Positions 18,247-28,670 of a stretch of 64,000 nt of DNA are shown here, piece by piece. The position numbers and the translations under genes are program-made. Under the pieces are notes generated by a model. It did not search any database. It saw nothing but the letters and a program-made list of their open reading frames with translations, and was not told where the DNA came from. Within the stretch, counting starts at the first letter, position 1, and each line of letters starts with the position of its first letter. The stretch is from Candidatus Krumholzibacteriia bacterium (GTDB taxonomy: Bacteria > Krumholzibacteriota > Krumholzibacteriia > LZORAL124-64-63). Where the stretch lies: the NCBI GenBank assembly GCA_046484865.1, contig JAWOID010000053.1, positions 12,422 through 76,421 of the forward strand, given 5' to 3'.

Positions 18247-18915
18247 GTGAATCACGATGACCAGCGCGAAGACCGTTTCGACGAGCGGCCCCGGGAGGGG
18301 CTGGCCCTGCCCGCCTGGGAGGATCGGCACCGTTTCGGCTGGCTGAACGGACTCTATCTCACGATCAAGCACGTGCTGCTGTCGCCCGCCGAGTTCTTCG
18401 CCCGCATGCCCACGCACGTGGGGCTCGCGCAGCCACTCTTCTTCGCGGTGGTCGTGTCGCTGCTGGCGTCGTTCTTCGTCTGGATGTGGTCGCTCGCCGG
18501 CACGTCCCTGCAGGCCCTGTTCGAGGAGCGGGTGTCCGAGGCCATGGGGGCCCCGCTGCTGTACGGCCTGATGTTCATGCTCAGTCCCGTGATCACCATA
18601 GGGTTCGTGTTCGTCTCGGCGGGCCTGCTCCATCTCGGGCTGATGCTCTTCGGCGCCAATCGCCTGGGGTTCGAGGCCACCTTCCGGGTGGTGGCCTACG
18701 CCCAGGCGGCCGGCATTCTCGCCGTCATGCCGTTCTGCGGCAGCGCGATCGGCTCGCTGTACGCCATCGCCATCACCGTGGTGGGTCTTTACCGGGTGCA
18801 CGACACCGACCCCTGGCGCGCCCTGTTCGCGGTGCTGCTGCCCTTGCTGCTCTGTCTGGCCAGCTGCGGCGGCACGCTGGCGCTGGGCATCGGCCTGGGA
18901 GCCCTCTTCCGATGA
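18247..18915 (+). CDS. YIP1-family membrane protein
   Basis: PAWEDR...TIKHVLLSPAEFFARM, LLHLGLMLFG...GFEATFRVVAY, GL.RVH; about 5 TM helices. Confidence 0.75.
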   Translation: MNHDDQREDRFDERPREGLALPAWEDRHRFGWLNGLYLTIKHVLLSPAEFFARMPTHVGLAQPLFFAVVVSLLASFFVWMWSLAGTSLQALFEERVSEAMGAPLLYGLMFMLSPVITIGFVFVSAGLLHLGLMLFGANRLGFEATFRVVAYAQAAGILAVMPFCGSAIGSLYAIAITVVGLYRVHDTDPWRALFAVLLPLLLCLASCGGTLALGIGLGALFR

Positions 18916-19322
18916 AGCTGCGGCCGGAGCGCACGGCGCTGCCGCGTCTGCTCGCCTTTCCTTATCTCGCCATGGCGGCGGCGGCGATACCGGTGCTGCG
19001 GCTGTGGCCCGATCGCGTCCTGGGCTGGGCGCACTGCCCCTTGCGCGATCTCACCGGGATCCCCTGCCCCACCTGCGGCGGGACCCAGGCCGCCGTGGCG
19101 CTGTCTCGCCTGCAGTTCGCCGAGGCGGCGGCGGCGAACCCCCTGGTCGCCGCGGCGGCAGTGCTGCTGACGCTCTGGGCCGGGTGGGCCGTGCTCGCGG
19201 CGGCGTGGTCCGCGCTGCGCCGGGAGATCGCCCTGTCGCCGGCCGAGCGGCGCACGGCGCGCATCCTCGCCGTGTCGCTGCTGGCGGCCGGCTGGATCTA
19301 CCAGATCGTCCGGGCCGCCTGA
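18912..19322 (+). CDS. DUF2752-family membrane protein
   Basis: CPLRDLTGIPCPTCGGT...NPL motif; ATGA overlap with the upstream stop. Confidence 0.85.
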   Translation: MKLRPERTALPRLLAFPYLAMAAAAIPVLRLWPDRVLGWAHCPLRDLTGIPCPTCGGTQAAVALSRLQFAEAAAANPLVAAAAVLLTLWAGWAVLAAAWSALRREIALSPAERRTARILAVSLLAAGWIYQIVRAA

Positions 19323-19383
19323 ACCGGCCGGGTCTCGCCGGCTCGCCCGGCGGCCTACGGCCGCTCATCGATGATGATGCGGA

Positions 19384-20526
19384 CTAGGACTCCTCCAGCA
19401 GCTTGCGGGCGATGACCAGGCGCTGGATCTCGCTGGTCCCCTCGTAGATGCGCGTGACGCGCACGTCGCGGTAGTAGCGCTCGACCGGGTATTCCTTCAC
19501 GTACCCGTAGCCGCCGTGGATCTGCACCGCCAGGTCGGCGGCCCGCCCCGCCGCCTCGGTGGCGAAGAGCTTGGCCATGGCGGCCTCCTTCGTGAAGGGA
19601 CGCCCCTGGTCCTTCAGCCAGGCAGCGCGGAATCCCAGCAGGCGCGCGGCGTCCAGCTCGGTACCCATGTCCGCGATCATGGACTGGATCACGGGCTGGG
19701 CGGCCAGAGGCTTGCCGAACTGCTCGCGCACCCGGGCGTAGCCGATGGCCTCCTCGAGACAGGCGCGACCGATCCCCAGCGCCTGGAACGCCACCCCCAC
19801 GCGGCCACCGTCCAGCGCCGTCATCGCGATCCGGAATCCCTCGCCCTCCGCCCCCAGCCGGTTGCGCTCGGGCACCTTCACCCCGTCCAGGTCGACGACC
19901 ACGGTGTCGGACGCGCGCAGCCCCATCTTGTCCTCCTTCTTGGCCACCGAGAGCCCATCGCTCTCGCGCGGCACCAGGAAGGCATGGATGGAGCGGTGAT
20001 CGTCGGTGCCGGGGGTACGCGCCATCACCACGAAGAAGGAGGCGCGGGCGCCGTTGGTCACCCACATCTTGCTGCCGTTCAGGACGTAGCCGTCGCCCTC
20101 CTTCTTGGCGGTGCAGCGCAGGCTCGCGGCATCGCTCCCCGCGCCCGGCTCGCTGATGCAGAAGCTGGCGATCTCTCCGGCCGCCATGCGCGGCAGGTAT
20201 TCCTGCTTCACGTCGTCGCTGCCGAACATGGCCACGGGATAGAATCCCACGCTGTTGTGCACCGTCACCATGATGCATACGCCCGCGGAGACGCGCGCCA
20301 GTTCCTCCACCACCAGAGCGTAGGTGACGGTGTCCACGCCCATCCCGCCGTACTGCTCGGGGAACGAGAGCCCGAAGAAGCCGTGCTCGCGGATCTTCTC
20401 GACGAGGGCCTCCGGAATCTCGGCTCGCTCGTCCATCTCCTGGGCGAGGGGAGCGATCTCCCGGCGGGCGAAGTCGCGCACCATGTCGCGGAACATCTGC
20501 TGCTGTTCGGTGAGGTCGAAGTGCAT
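19384..20526 (-). CDS. Acyl-CoA dehydrogenase (short/branched-chain type)
   Basis: [69 protein letters not shown]. Confidence 0.95.
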   Translation of the reverse strand: MHFDLTEQQQMFRDMVRDFARREIAPLAQEMDERAEIPEALVEKIREHGFFGLSFPEQYGGMGVDTVTYALVVEELARVSAGVCIMVTVHNSVGFYPVAMFGSDDVKQEYLPRMAAGEIASFCISEPGAGSDAASLRCTAKKEGDGYVLNGSKMWVTNGARASFFVVMARTPGTDDHRSIHAFLVPRESDGLSVAKKEDKMGLRASDTVVVDLDGVKVPERNRLGAEGEGFRIAMTALDGGRVGVAFQALGIGRACLEEAIGYARVREQFGKPLAAQPVIQSMIADMGTELDAARLLGFRAAWLKDQGRPFTKEAAMAKLFATEAAGRAADLAVQIHGGYGYVKEYPVERYYRDVRVTRIYEGTSEIQRLVIARKLLEES

Positions 20527-20749
20527 GAGGTCGCTCCCGCTTCGTGACACAGGCTGTCCCGGGCGGTCCGGGGTGGATCCCGCCCAGGATAGCCGAGGAG
20601 CGGCCCCGGCCCAAGGATAGGTTGTGCGCGGATGGCGGTGGTCCGGCCGGACACGCCACCGGTCGTCCGCCGAAGCTGTCGCCTCCCGGCTGCCGCTAGC
20701 CCGCTTCGTTCATGAGCGGCCTACTGCGGCTGGTCATGAATGACGCGGG

Positions 20750-21358
20750 CTAGAAGTGGAAGCTGAGCCCCCCCATCAGGTAGAGCGTGTCCCAGTCGAA
20801 ATCCTCCACCTGACTCGCGAGCTGGTCGTCCAGGTCGCGATCGGCGTCCGCGAAGACGAAGCGCGCCTCGCCGAAGACCGAGACACTCTCCGCCACCGGG
20901 AAGTCGACGCCGCCGCCCAGGTGCCAGCCGAAGGTGTCTTCGCTGTCATCGTCGAAGCCGAGTGCCTCCAGGTCATCTGAGTAGTCGTAGATGAGATGGT
21001 ACCATCCCGCACCGAGCGCTCCGAACAGCCGCAGCTGTTCACTCTGGATGAGATACAGGCGCCCGGTCACGGTCACGGGCACGCTGCGCACCTTCAACTC
21101 CGACTCTCCGTCGCCGAAGCCGCTGAATCCGTAGGTGTTGGCCAGCCGGTAGGCGACGGCTCCCTGCACACCCAGCCAGGGCAGCAGGCGCAACTCGGCA
21201 TGGGCGCCGACCAGGAAGTTGCCGTCGTCGGCGTCCACCTCCTTGGTGTATGCCAGGTGGCCGCCGACATTGCCCAGCGGTTCAGCGGCCGCCCCGCCGG
21301 CGACGAGGACGATCAGTGCCGCGGCAATGCCGACCGTGGTGGTGCGGAAGGTGCTCAT
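20750..21358 (-). CDS. Small outer-membrane beta-barrel protein (OmpA-TM/OmpW-like)
   Basis: Signal peptide, alternating aromatic/Gly strands (FGWHLGGGVDF), C-terminal beta-signal LSFHF. Confidence 0.8.
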   Translation of the reverse strand: MSTFRTTTVGIAAALIVLVAGGAAAEPLGNVGGHLAYTKEVDADDGNFLVGAHAELRLLPWLGVQGAVAYRLANTYGFSGFGDGESELKVRSVPVTVTGRLYLIQSEQLRLFGALGAGWYHLIYDYSDDLEALGFDDDSEDTFGWHLGGGVDFPVAESVSVFGEARFVFADADRDLDDQLASQVEDFDWDTLYLMGGLSFHF

Positions 21359-21626
21359 GGCTCGCCTTTCGATGGTGCGGGTCCGGCGGCAGGACCGCCG
21401 CAAGCCGCGGTTGGGAAACGGTCTCCCCGACATGCTAGGGTCGTCGTCGCCGCGGCGCTCATCGGGGCGGGTGTCCGCCCGGCGCTGGGGTCTGCCCCGA
21501 GCGGTGGACTGGAGTTGCCGAATGCCGTCGCCAGCCGGCCGTGGCGGACCTATGATGCCGGCGGAAGAATCACCGCAGGGCCAGCCGGCCTGCGCCCCGC
21601 GCGGCGCCGAACGCAGGAGGTCTTCC

Positions 21627-22769
21627 GTGTCACCGATCGCGCTGGTTCTCGTCCTGCTCGTCTCGCTCTCGCCCACGGCCCCAGTGGCCCACGTGCCACC
21701 CGAGACACCCGGGGCACCCGAGACACCCGGGGCGACCACGGCCCCCGCGGCCCACGCAGCCCCCGCGGCCCCCGCGGCCGCCGTCGCTTCGCTGCCGGGG
21801 GTCGCCATGGCGGCCGCCGTCGATGCGCCCCTGCCGCGGCGTCCGGTGGCCACGTACTCGATCGTGGCGCGCGATTCCACGACCGGCGAGCTCGGCGTGG
21901 CGGTGCAGTCGCACTGGTTCAGCGTCGGTGGGCTGGTCCCCTGGGCCGAGTCCGGGGTGGGGGCCGTGGCGACGCAGTCGTTCGTCGATCCCCGGTACGG
22001 ACCGCTCGGGCTCGAGCTGATGCGGCTGGGCCGATCCGCACCGCAGGCGCTCGCGGCCCTGACGGCCACCGACGAGGGGGCTGCCGTCCGCCAGGTCGCC
22101 ATGGTGGACGCCACGGGGCGGGTCGCGGTCCACACCGGCGAGCGCTGCATCGACGCCGCCGGCCACCACCCGGGCTCCCAGTACTCGGTGCAGGCGAACC
22201 TGATGGAGAGCCCGACGGTGTGGGACGCCATGGCCCGCGCCTACGAGACAACGTCCGGCGACCTCGCCGAGCGCCTGCTCGCAGCGCTCGACGCGGCCGA
22301 GCAGGAAGGCGGCGACATCAGGGGACGCCAGTCGGCCGCGATCCTCGTCGTGGTCGGCACGCCGACGGGCCGGCCCTGGCACGATCGCCTGTACGACCTC
22401 CGCGTGGAAGACCATCCCGATCCGGTCCGGGAGCTGCGCCGCCTGGTGACGCTGCGCCGCGCCTACCGGCAGCTCGAGGAGGGAGACGAGGCGATCGCCG
22501 CCGGGGACGTCGACGCGGCGCTCGAGGCCTATCACTCGGCCCTCGAGCTGGTGCCGGACGAGGCGACCAACGGCGAGGCGGCCTTCTGGGTGGGGGTCAC
22601 CCTGGCGGCGACCGGACGCCTGCCGGAGGCCCGACCCTACCTGCGGCGCGCCTTCCTGCAGGACGAGCGCTGGCTGGAGACGGCGGGACGCCTCCCGCCG
22701 GCGGGATTGTTGCCGGACGATCCGGTCCTGCTCCGGCAGATCATCGACGCCATGCAGGAGGCACGCTGA
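21627..22769 (+). CDS. DUF1028 (Ntn-hydrolase-like) secreted protein with C-terminal TPR-like helices
   Basis: TYSIVARD..TGELGVAVQS, GAVATQS, RQVAMVD, HTG..C, QANLM, GGDIRGRQSAA, DLRVEDHPDP..EL.RL; AGGAGG RBS and GTG start. Confidence 0.85.
   Translation: MSPIALVLVLLVSLSPTAPVAHVPPETPGAPETPGATTAPAAHAAPAAPAAAVASLPGVAMAAAVDAPLPRRPVATYSIVARDSTTGELGVAVQSHWFSVGGLVPWAESGVGAVATQSFVDPRYGPLGLELMRLGRSAPQALAALTATDEGAAVRQVAMVDATGRVAVHTGERCIDAAGHHPGSQYSVQANLMESPTVWDAMARAYETTSGDLAERLLAALDAAEQEGGDIRGRQSAAILVVVGTPTGRPWHDRLYDLRVEDHPDPVRELRRLVTLRRAYRQLEEGDEAIAAGDVDAALEAYHSALELVPDEATNGEAAFWVGVTLAATGRLPEARPYLRRAFLQDERWLETAGRLPPAGLLPDDPVLLRQIIDAMQEAR
21697..21732. repeat. 18-bp perfect tandem duplication (coding, PETPGA x2)
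   Basis: cacccgagacacccgggg repeated twice in the Pro/Ala-rich linker. Confidence 0.9.
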
Positions 22770-23326
22770 TGACGGCCCGTGGTGACGGACGATGCGCACG
22801 CCGCGCTGGCCTCCGTGCGGATGCCGGGACGTTCGCGGCGCCCCCTGCGCTCGCGCTGGGGTTGTCGCTGGCGCTGGCGGCGTGCTCCACCCTGGCCGGT
22901 TGCAGCCGCGCCACCCCCGAACAGCGCTTCAGCGAGGGCGAGGATCCCCTCGGACGCCGGACCGCCACCACCGAGACATCCCTGGGCATGCAGCCGAGCG
23001 AAGCCCGCGCCGATCTGATGCGCGCCGATGCGCTGTGGCGCAACGGCGACTTCGCCGAGGCGCTGCCGATCTACCGCCGGATCTACGCGCAGCGCTTCCT
23101 CGAGCCGGACCTGCGTGCCCGGGCGGCGTTCGCCTGGGCCGAGCTGGAGGGCAACCTCCTCAATCCGCGCCGCGACCTCGACGCGGCGATCGCCCGGCTC
23201 GAGTCCTTTCTCGAGGAGTTTCCGGAATCCTCGCTGGTGCCCGAAGCGGAAGCGTCGCTGCTGCGGCTGCGAGCGCTGCGACTGCGCGAGCGCGCGGCGC
23301 GCAGCGACTCGCTGCCCGAACCCTGA
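22769..23326 (+). CDS. Putative lipoprotein with TPR-like (BamD/YbgF-like) helices
   Basis: TGATG coupling to DUF1028; lipobox-like LAAC/LAGC; ADALWRNGDFAEALPIY and LESFLEEFPESSLVPEA TPR-type patterns. Confidence 0.65.
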   Translation: MTARGDGRCARRAGLRADAGTFAAPPALALGLSLALAACSTLAGCSRATPEQRFSEGEDPLGRRTATTETSLGMQPSEARADLMRADALWRNGDFAEALPIYRRIYAQRFLEPDLRARAAFAWAELEGNLLNPRRDLDAAIARLESFLEEFPESSLVPEAEASLLRLRALRLRERAARSDSLPEP

Positions 23327-23370
23327 GCCGGCGCTCCGGCGCCCCGCCGGCCGCAACGGAAAGGACGTCC

Positions 23371-23580
23371 ATGCGCTTCCTCGGCATCGTCCTCGTCATC
23401 CTCGGCGTCGTCACACTCGCCTATGGAGCCGTCACCTCGTGGGTGGGCGGCGACGACGGCACCATCGCCGGGCCGAACGTGCAACAGCTCGACCGCACCG
23501 ACAGCGCGTTCTGGCTGGGCGGGTTCTTGCTGATCGTCGGTCTGCTGATGCTGGTGGCACGATCACGCCGGCGCCGGTGA
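23371..23580 (+). CDS. Small two-TM membrane protein (69 aa)
   Basis: AAGGA RBS; MRFLGIVLVILGVVTLAYG and FWLGGFLLIVGLLMLV helices, basic tail. Confidence 0.75.
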   Translation: MRFLGIVLVILGVVTLAYGAVTSWVGGDDGTIAGPNVQQLDRTDSAFWLGGFLLIVGLLMLVARSRRRR

Positions 23581-23611
23581 CGGTGGAGAAAACCCCGTAG
23601 AGGTGCCCGAG

Positions 23612-23800
23612 ATGGACCGGACGTACCGCTGCGCCGCCTGCGGCGCCCCCAACGAGACCTGGATCGATCCCGGCGGTGGCGACCGCCAGGAGTTCGTGGA
23701 GGACTGCCGGGTCTGCTGCCGGCCGATGGTGGTTGCGGCTCGCTGGAACGCTCTGACCGGGGAGTACGAGCTGGAGGTCTACCAGGAGGACCGCGACTAG
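23612..23800 (+). CDS. CPXCG-motif cysteine-rich small protein
   Basis: Y.CAACGAPN...ID...QEFVEDCRVCCRP; GAGGTG RBS. Confidence 0.85.
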   Translation: MDRTYRCAACGAPNETWIDPGGGDRQEFVEDCRVCCRPMVVAARWNALTGEYELEVYQEDRD

Positions 23801-24022
23801 CTCCTCATCGAGCCGGGATCCGAGCCGGAGTCCTGTGACGCGATCGGCCCGACCAGGCGGGGCGGCCGCAGGGTGGTCCGTGGAGGCGTTGAACCACCCG
23901 ATCCGGGCTCTCGGCGACGAGCGGGCCCGGCAAGGCGCTCGGCGAGGATGACACATCCCCGCCGACCTCCACGGACCACCCTGCGGCCGCCCCGCTCGCC
24001 CGGCCTCCGCCGACCCCCGGAC

Positions 24023-25165
24023 CTACCGCTTGAACTCGTGCCCCGCGATGACCATCCGCTGGGCCTCGCTCGTCCCCTCGTAGATCTCGGTGATCTTGGC
24101 GTCCCGGAAGTGCCTCTCGACGGGATATTCCTTCGAGTAGCCGTTCCCCCCGAAGATCTGCACGGCCTCGTTGGTGATGAAGTGGCTGGCCTCGCTCGCA
24201 AACAGCTTGGCCATGGCCGCCTCCTCGCCGTAGCGCCCCCCCTGGTCCTTGGCCCAGGCGGCGCGGTAGGTGAGCAGGCGCGCCGCGTGCAGCCGGGTGG
24301 CCATCTCGGCGATCTTCCACTGGATGGCCTGGAAGCTGGCGATCGGCTTGCCGAACTGCTCGCGCTCGAGCGCGTAGACGCGAGCCGCCTCGTAGGCGGC
24401 GGCGCTGATGCCCAGCGCCTGTGCGGCGATGCCGATGCGACCGCCGTCCAGGGTGGACATGGCGATCTTGAACCCCTGCCCCACCTCGCCCAGGAGCTGG
24501 TCGCCGGGTACGCGCACGTTGTCGAAGGCGAGCTGGGCGGTGTCCGACGCGCGGATGCCCATCTTCTCCTCCTTGCGCACCACGGCGAACCCCTCGCTGT
24601 CGCTCTCGACGATGAAGGCGCCGATGCCCTTGTGCTTCTTCTCCGGATCGGTCTGCGCGAAGACGATGAGCGTGTCGGCATTGGCCCCGTTGGTGATGAA
24701 GTTCTTCATGCCGTTGATCACCCAGTCGTCGCCTTCGCGCCGCGCCATGGTGGCCTGCGCGGCGGCGTCGGTGCCGGCGCCCGGCTCGCTCAGACAGTAG
24801 GCGCCCAGCTTGCGCCCCTGAGCGAGCGGCTCCAGGAAGCGCTGCTTCTGGTCCTCGCTGCCGTAGGTCTCCAGCGGCCAGCACACCAGGCTGTTGTTCA
24901 CCGACATGATCACACCGCAACTCGCGCAGGCGCGGGAGACCTCCTCCATGGCCACGATGTAGCAGATCGTGTCGAGCCCGGCGCCGCCGTACTGCTCGGG
25001 CACGTTCATGCCCAGGAAGCCGAGCTCCCCCATCTGCCGCACGACCGCCTGGGGGAACCGCTCCTCGCGGTCGATCTCCGCGGCGATGGGTGCGATGGCG
25101 CGCGCCGCGAAGTCGGCCGCGGCCTCCCTGATCATGCGTTGCTGCTCGGTGAGCTGGAACTGCAC
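24023..25165 (-). CDS. Acyl-CoA dehydrogenase (butyryl-CoA dehydrogenase-like)
   Basis: YCLSEPGAGTD, NGMKNFITNG, KMGIRASDT, LDGGRIGIAAQ, REQFGKPI, IYEGTSEAQR. Confidence 0.95.
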   Translation of the reverse strand: MQFQLTEQQRMIREAAADFAARAIAPIAAEIDREERFPQAVVRQMGELGFLGMNVPEQYGGAGLDTICYIVAMEEVSRACASCGVIMSVNNSLVCWPLETYGSEDQKQRFLEPLAQGRKLGAYCLSEPGAGTDAAAQATMARREGDDWVINGMKNFITNGANADTLIVFAQTDPEKKHKGIGAFIVESDSEGFAVVRKEEKMGIRASDTAQLAFDNVRVPGDQLLGEVGQGFKIAMSTLDGGRIGIAAQALGISAAAYEAARVYALEREQFGKPIASFQAIQWKIAEMATRLHAARLLTYRAAWAKDQGGRYGEEAAMAKLFASEASHFITNEAVQIFGGNGYSKEYPVERHFRDAKITEIYEGTSEAQRMVIAGHEFKR

Positions 25166-25247
25166 GGCGCTCTCCTGTTCGCTGAAGACCCGTTGCTGAT
25201 GGCCCGGGGGCGGCGTCTCGCCGTCCGGCGCGCGCTGCCCGGCGCGC

Positions 25248-26093
25248 CTATTCGCCGTAGTCGTAGAACCCCTTACCGGTCTTGCGTCCCAGGTAACCGG
25301 CGGCCACCATGCGGCGCAGCAGCGGCGACGGCCGGTACTTGCCGTCGGCGAAGCCCTCGTAGAGGACCTCCATGATGTCCAGGCAGACGTCGAGGCCGAT
25401 GAAATCGGCCAGCGTCAAGGGCCCCATGGGATGCGCCATGCCCAGCTTCATCACGGTGTCGATGTCCTCGCGCGTGGCGACCCCCTCCATGAGGCACTGC
25501 ACCGCCTCGTTGATCATCGGCATGAGCACGCGGTTGGAGATGAAGCCGGGATAGTCCTGCACCACGACGGGCGTCTTGCCCAGATCCCGGGCCGTCTGCA
25601 GCACGCGCTCGAGGGTCTGCGCGTCGGTGGCCTGGCCGCGGATCACCTCCACCAGCTTCATCACCGGCACCGGGTTCATGAAGTGCATGCCGATGACCTT
25701 CTCGGGCCGGCGCGTCACCGCGGCGATGCGGGTGACCGAGATGCTGCTGGTGTTGCTCGCCAGCACCGTCTCCGGGGAACAGAGTTCGTCCAGTCGCGTG
25801 AAGATGTCCCGCTTGAGCTCGAAGCTCTCGAAGACCGCCTCCACCGCCAGCTGGACGTCCGCCGCGGCGGAGAGATCGGTGGTGGCCTGGATCCTCTGCA
25901 GCACCTTCCGGGCGTCGTCGGCGCCGAGCACCTCCTTCTTCACCTGCCGGGCGAGGTTCTTGTCGATGGTGGCCACGGCGCGATCCAGCGCCTGCTGGTC
26001 CTTGTCCACCAGGATCACCTCGTGCCCGTTCTGCGCGAAGACGTGGGCGATGCCGTTGCCCATGGTCCCGCCGCCGATCACCGCTGCCTTCAT
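25248..26093 (-). CDS. hbd: 3-hydroxybutyryl-CoA dehydrogenase
   Basis: VIGGGTMGNGIA, EAVFE, SNTSS, GMHFMNPVPVMKLVE, PGFISNR, HPMGPL.LAD.IGLD, GRKTGKGFY. Confidence 0.95.
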   Translation of the reverse strand: MKAAVIGGGTMGNGIAHVFAQNGHEVILVDKDQQALDRAVATIDKNLARQVKKEVLGADDARKVLQRIQATTDLSAAADVQLAVEAVFESFELKRDIFTRLDELCSPETVLASNTSSISVTRIAAVTRRPEKVIGMHFMNPVPVMKLVEVIRGQATDAQTLERVLQTARDLGKTPVVVQDYPGFISNRVLMPMINEAVQCLMEGVATREDIDTVMKLGMAHPMGPLTLADFIGLDVCLDIMEVLYEGFADGKYRPSPLLRRMVAAGYLGRKTGKGFYDYGE

Positions 26094-26246
26094 CCGTGTC
26101 CCCCTTGCTGGCGGCATCCGCCGCCTTGCCGCCGGTTGCCGGCGGTGGTCCGTCCACCCGTCCCGGCGCCGGCGCCGGGCAGGCGGAGTGTCGATGTCCG
26201 GACGCGGGCCGCCCGCCACCCCCCGGTGCCGGGCGACCGCCACCGG

Positions 26247-27434
26247 TCAGGGAAGGCTGATGGCCATGGCCACCGCATCGCCGCCGCCGAGGCAGAGCGT
26301 GGCCAGTCCGTCGCGCTCCTTGCGATCCTCCATGGCGTGCAGCAGGGTCACCAGGATGCGCGCTCCGGAGCAACCGATGGGATGCCCCAGCGCCACCCCG
26401 CCGCCGCGCACGTTGACGATCGTCGGGTCCACGTCGAGCTGGCGGATCACCGCCACCGACTGGGCGGCGAACGCCTCGTTCAGCTCGATGAGCCCGTATG
26501 CGCTCACCGGCTTGAGGGCCCGGTCCTGCAGGTGCTGGACGGCCGTCACCGGGGCCATCATCACCTCCTTGGGGTCCACCGCGCCGGTGGCGTAGCCCTG
26601 GATGATGGCACGGACCGGCAGCGCAAAGCGCTCGGCGAACTCCTCGCTGCAGACCAGCAGCGCAGCGGCGCCGTCGTTGATGGTGGAAGCGTTGCCGGCA
26701 GTCACGGTGCCGCCGTCGCGCTTGAAGGCGGGCTTCAGGCGCGCGAGGCCCTCGATCGTGGCGTCGGCTCGCGGCCCCTCGTCACGCCCGACCACGACGG
26801 GCGCGCCCTTGCGCTGCGGCACCTCCACCGGCACCACCTCGCGGTCGAACTCGCCCTTCTCCCAGGCCTGCACCGCCCGGCGATGGCTCTCCACCGCGAA
26901 GGCGTCCTGCTCCTCGCGTGTCACGCCGTAGGTGTCGACCACCCACTCCGCGGTCATGCCCATGTGGAAGTTGTTGTAGATGTCCCACAGGCCATCGTGG
27001 ACGAGCAGGTCCGTCACCTGGCCGTGTCCCAGACGGTAGCCGTCGCGCGCCTGCAGCAGGGCGTACGGGATCTGGCTCATGTTCTCGAAGCCGCCGGCGA
27101 TGATGCACTCGTTGTCGCCCGCCTTGATCGCCTGCGCGGCCAGGGCGACCGCCTTCAGACCGGAGCCGCAGACCTTGTTCACGGTCATGGCGCTGGTCTC
27201 GACCGGGACGCCGCCGAAAATGGCAGCCTGGCGGGCGGGGTTCTGCTGCAGGCCGGCCTGGCAGACGTTGCCGAAGATGACCTCGTCGATCTGCTCCGGA
27301 TCCACGCCGGTCTTCGTCAGCAGTTCCTTGACGACGACGGCTCCCAGCTGGGGCGCGCGCACGCCGGCCAGCCCACCCTGGAAACGGCCGATGGGGGTCC
27401 GGAAGGCTCCGCAGATCACAGCTCGCTTGCTCAC
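26247..27434 (-). CDS. Acetyl-CoA C-acetyltransferase (thiolase)
   Basis: [50 protein letters not shown]. Confidence 0.96.
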   Translation of the reverse strand: MSKRAVICGAFRTPIGRFQGGLAGVRAPQLGAVVVKELLTKTGVDPEQIDEVIFGNVCQAGLQQNPARQAAIFGGVPVETSAMTVNKVCGSGLKAVALAAQAIKAGDNECIIAGGFENMSQIPYALLQARDGYRLGHGQVTDLLVHDGLWDIYNNFHMGMTAEWVVDTYGVTREEQDAFAVESHRRAVQAWEKGEFDREVVPVEVPQRKGAPVVVGRDEGPRADATIEGLARLKPAFKRDGGTVTAGNASTINDGAAALLVCSEEFAERFALPVRAIIQGYATGAVDPKEVMMAPVTAVQHLQDRALKPVSAYGLIELNEAFAAQSVAVIRQLDVDPTIVNVRGGGVALGHPIGCSGARILVTLLHAMEDRKERDGLATLCLGGGDAVAMAISLP

Positions 27435-27530
27435 GTGTGGCTCCTTTGTGTCGTTCGCGCCGGCTCGCTCGCTCGCCGGCCGGGCGGCATGAAGCGGCGA
27501 AACCTGGGCGACCGGTCGATGTCCTCGCGG

Positions 27531-28670
27531 TCAGTCCCTGATGACGCTGCGCCCGATCACCATGCGCTGGATCTCGCTGGTCCCCTCGCCGATGGTGCAG
27601 AGCTTGGCGTCGCGGTAGAAGCGTTCCACCGGGTACTCCCGGGTGTATCCGTAGCCGCCGAGGATCTGGATGGCGCGATCGGTCACGAACATCGCGGTCT
27701 CGCTGGCGTGCAGCTTTGCCATGGCCGAGTGGTCCGAGAACGGCTGCCCGGCGTCCTTGAGGTTCGCGGACTCGTAGGTGAGGAGCCGCGCGGCCTCGAT
27801 CTGCGTGGCCATGTCGGCCAGCATGAACTGGACGGCCTGGAATTCGGCGATCGGGCGGCCGAACTGCTGCCGCTGCTTCGCATAGTCGCGCGCGACGGCG
27901 AAGGCGCCCTCCGCCAGTCCGAGCGCCACCGCCGCGATGGAGATGCGTCCGCCGTCCAGCGTCTTCATGAAGTACTTGAAGCCCGCCCCCAGCTCGCCGA
28001 GCTGCAGGTCCGCCGGTACGCGCACGTCCTCGAGGGTCAGCGGCGCGGTGTCGGACGCCCGCATGCCCAGCTTGTCCTCCTTTTTCTCCACCGTGAACCC
28101 CGTGGTGCCGGTGGGCACGATGAACGCGCTGATGCCGTGGCTGCCGGCCGCTTCGAGGTCGGTCTTCGCGGTGATGATCACCGCGCCGGCGTAATGGGAG
28201 TTGGTGATCCACATCTTCGTGCCGTTGAGCACCCACTCGTCGCCGTCGCGCACCGCGGTCGTCCGCGTGCCGCCGGCATCGCTGCCGGCGCCGGCCTCGG
28301 TCAGCCCGAAGCTCAGCAGCGCCTCGCCGCTGGCTGCCGGCGGCAGGAACCGCCGCTTCTGCTCCTCGGTCCCGAAGGCTGCGACGGGCCAGCAACCCAG
28401 GCTGTTGTGCGCCGCGACCGTGAGTCCGTGACTGCCGCAGACGCGCGAGAGCTCCTCCACCACCAGGGTGTAGGAGAGCGTGTCCGCTTCCACGCCGCCG
28501 TACTGCTCGGGGACGCAGAGGCCCAGCAGCCCCAGCTCGCCCATCTGGCGCACCGTCTGCTCGGGGAACTCCCCGCTCTTGTCGATCGCCGCGGCGATGG
28601 GCGCCACTCTCTCCCGCGCGAAATCGCGGGTCATGTCGCGGATCATCTTCTGATTCTCGGTCAGCTGCAT
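27531..28670 (-). CDS. Acyl-CoA dehydrogenase (short/branched-chain type)
   Basis: [62 protein letters not shown]. Confidence 0.95.
   Translation of the reverse strand: MQLTENQKMIRDMTRDFARERVAPIAAAIDKSGEFPEQTVRQMGELGLLGLCVPEQYGGVEADTLSYTLVVEELSRVCGSHGLTVAAHNSLGCWPVAAFGTEEQKRRFLPPAASGEALLSFGLTEAGAGSDAGGTRTTAVRDGDEWVLNGTKMWITNSHYAGAVIITAKTDLEAAGSHGISAFIVPTGTTGFTVEKKEDKLGMRASDTAPLTLEDVRVPADLQLGELGAGFKYFMKTLDGGRISIAAVALGLAEGAFAVARDYAKQRQQFGRPIAEFQAVQFMLADMATQIEAARLLTYESANLKDAGQPFSDHSAMAKLHASETAMFVTDRAIQILGGYGYTREYPVERFYRDAKLCTIGEGTSEIQRMVIGRSVIRD

Noticed and set aside
23801..24022. Possible tRNA or ncRNA in GC-rich intergenic gaps (also 2876-3190, 26094-26246, 56219-56365)
   Set aside because: No cloverleaf, TTCGA T-loop, CCA end or recognisable riboswitch core; hairpins are expected by chance at this GC content.
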